From sequence record OZ387312.1: DNA of 32,000 nt. The stretch is one strand, 5' to 3'. The translations under genes were made by a program, and so were the position numbers. This document shows positions 31,912-32,000 of the stretch, in pieces. The stretch's first letter is position 1. The number at the start of each line of letters is the position of its first letter. The notes under the pieces were generated by a model. The model worked only from the letters and a program-made list of their open reading frames with translations, was not told where the DNA came from and ran no database searches.

Positions 31912-32000
31912 ATGGCATTAAGAACAAGATTAGGTGAAATTTTACGTCCATTAAATGCTGAATATGGTAAAGTTGCACCAGGTTGGGGAACAACTCCAAT
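31912..32000 (+). CDS. psbH: Photosystem II phosphoprotein PsbH, N-terminal part; truncated by the window end
   Basis: The ATG at 31912 opens [29 protein letters not shown]..., the canonical PsbH N-terminus. Confidence 0.9.
   Translation, partial: MALRTRLGEILRPLNAEYGKVAPGWGTTP

Overview
This window is an AT-rich, gene-dense stretch of a plastid genome, not a bacterial chromosome. It carries genes absent from green plastids: sufB/sufC, tatC, secG, dnaB, chlI, petF, psaD, psaM, ycf66, rpl19, rps20 and a plastid tmRNA. That places it in the red-algal lineage. The tmRNA tag (ANNIIPF...SFAV) resembles diatom plastid tags as I remember them, so a diatom or related stramenopile plastid is most likely; I cannot confirm this without a search. 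I support 35 protein genes. Five are too short for the ORF track: psbX, psaM, psbT, psbN and a partial psbH. I also support 6 tRNAs and one tmRNA (ssrA). Conserved clusters include rps20, then rpoB-rpoC1-rpoC2-rps2; rpl11-rpl1-rpl12; atpB-atpE; rpl33-rps18; petB-petD; and psbB-psbT-(psbN)-psbH. Many gene 3' ends carry a perfect or near-perfect AT-rich stem-loop. I see no CRISPR array, mobile element, intron, defence island or other candidate novel system. Overall this is ordinary organellar core sequence. The items most worth a second look are a CAU-anticodon tRNA with a class-II-like long variable arm, the ssrA gene, an insertion of roughly 325 codons in rpoB, a dnaB/trnF antisense overlap, and small repeat structures in the spacers. 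All homology calls rest on recognising conserved motifs by eye; no alignments or covariance models were run.
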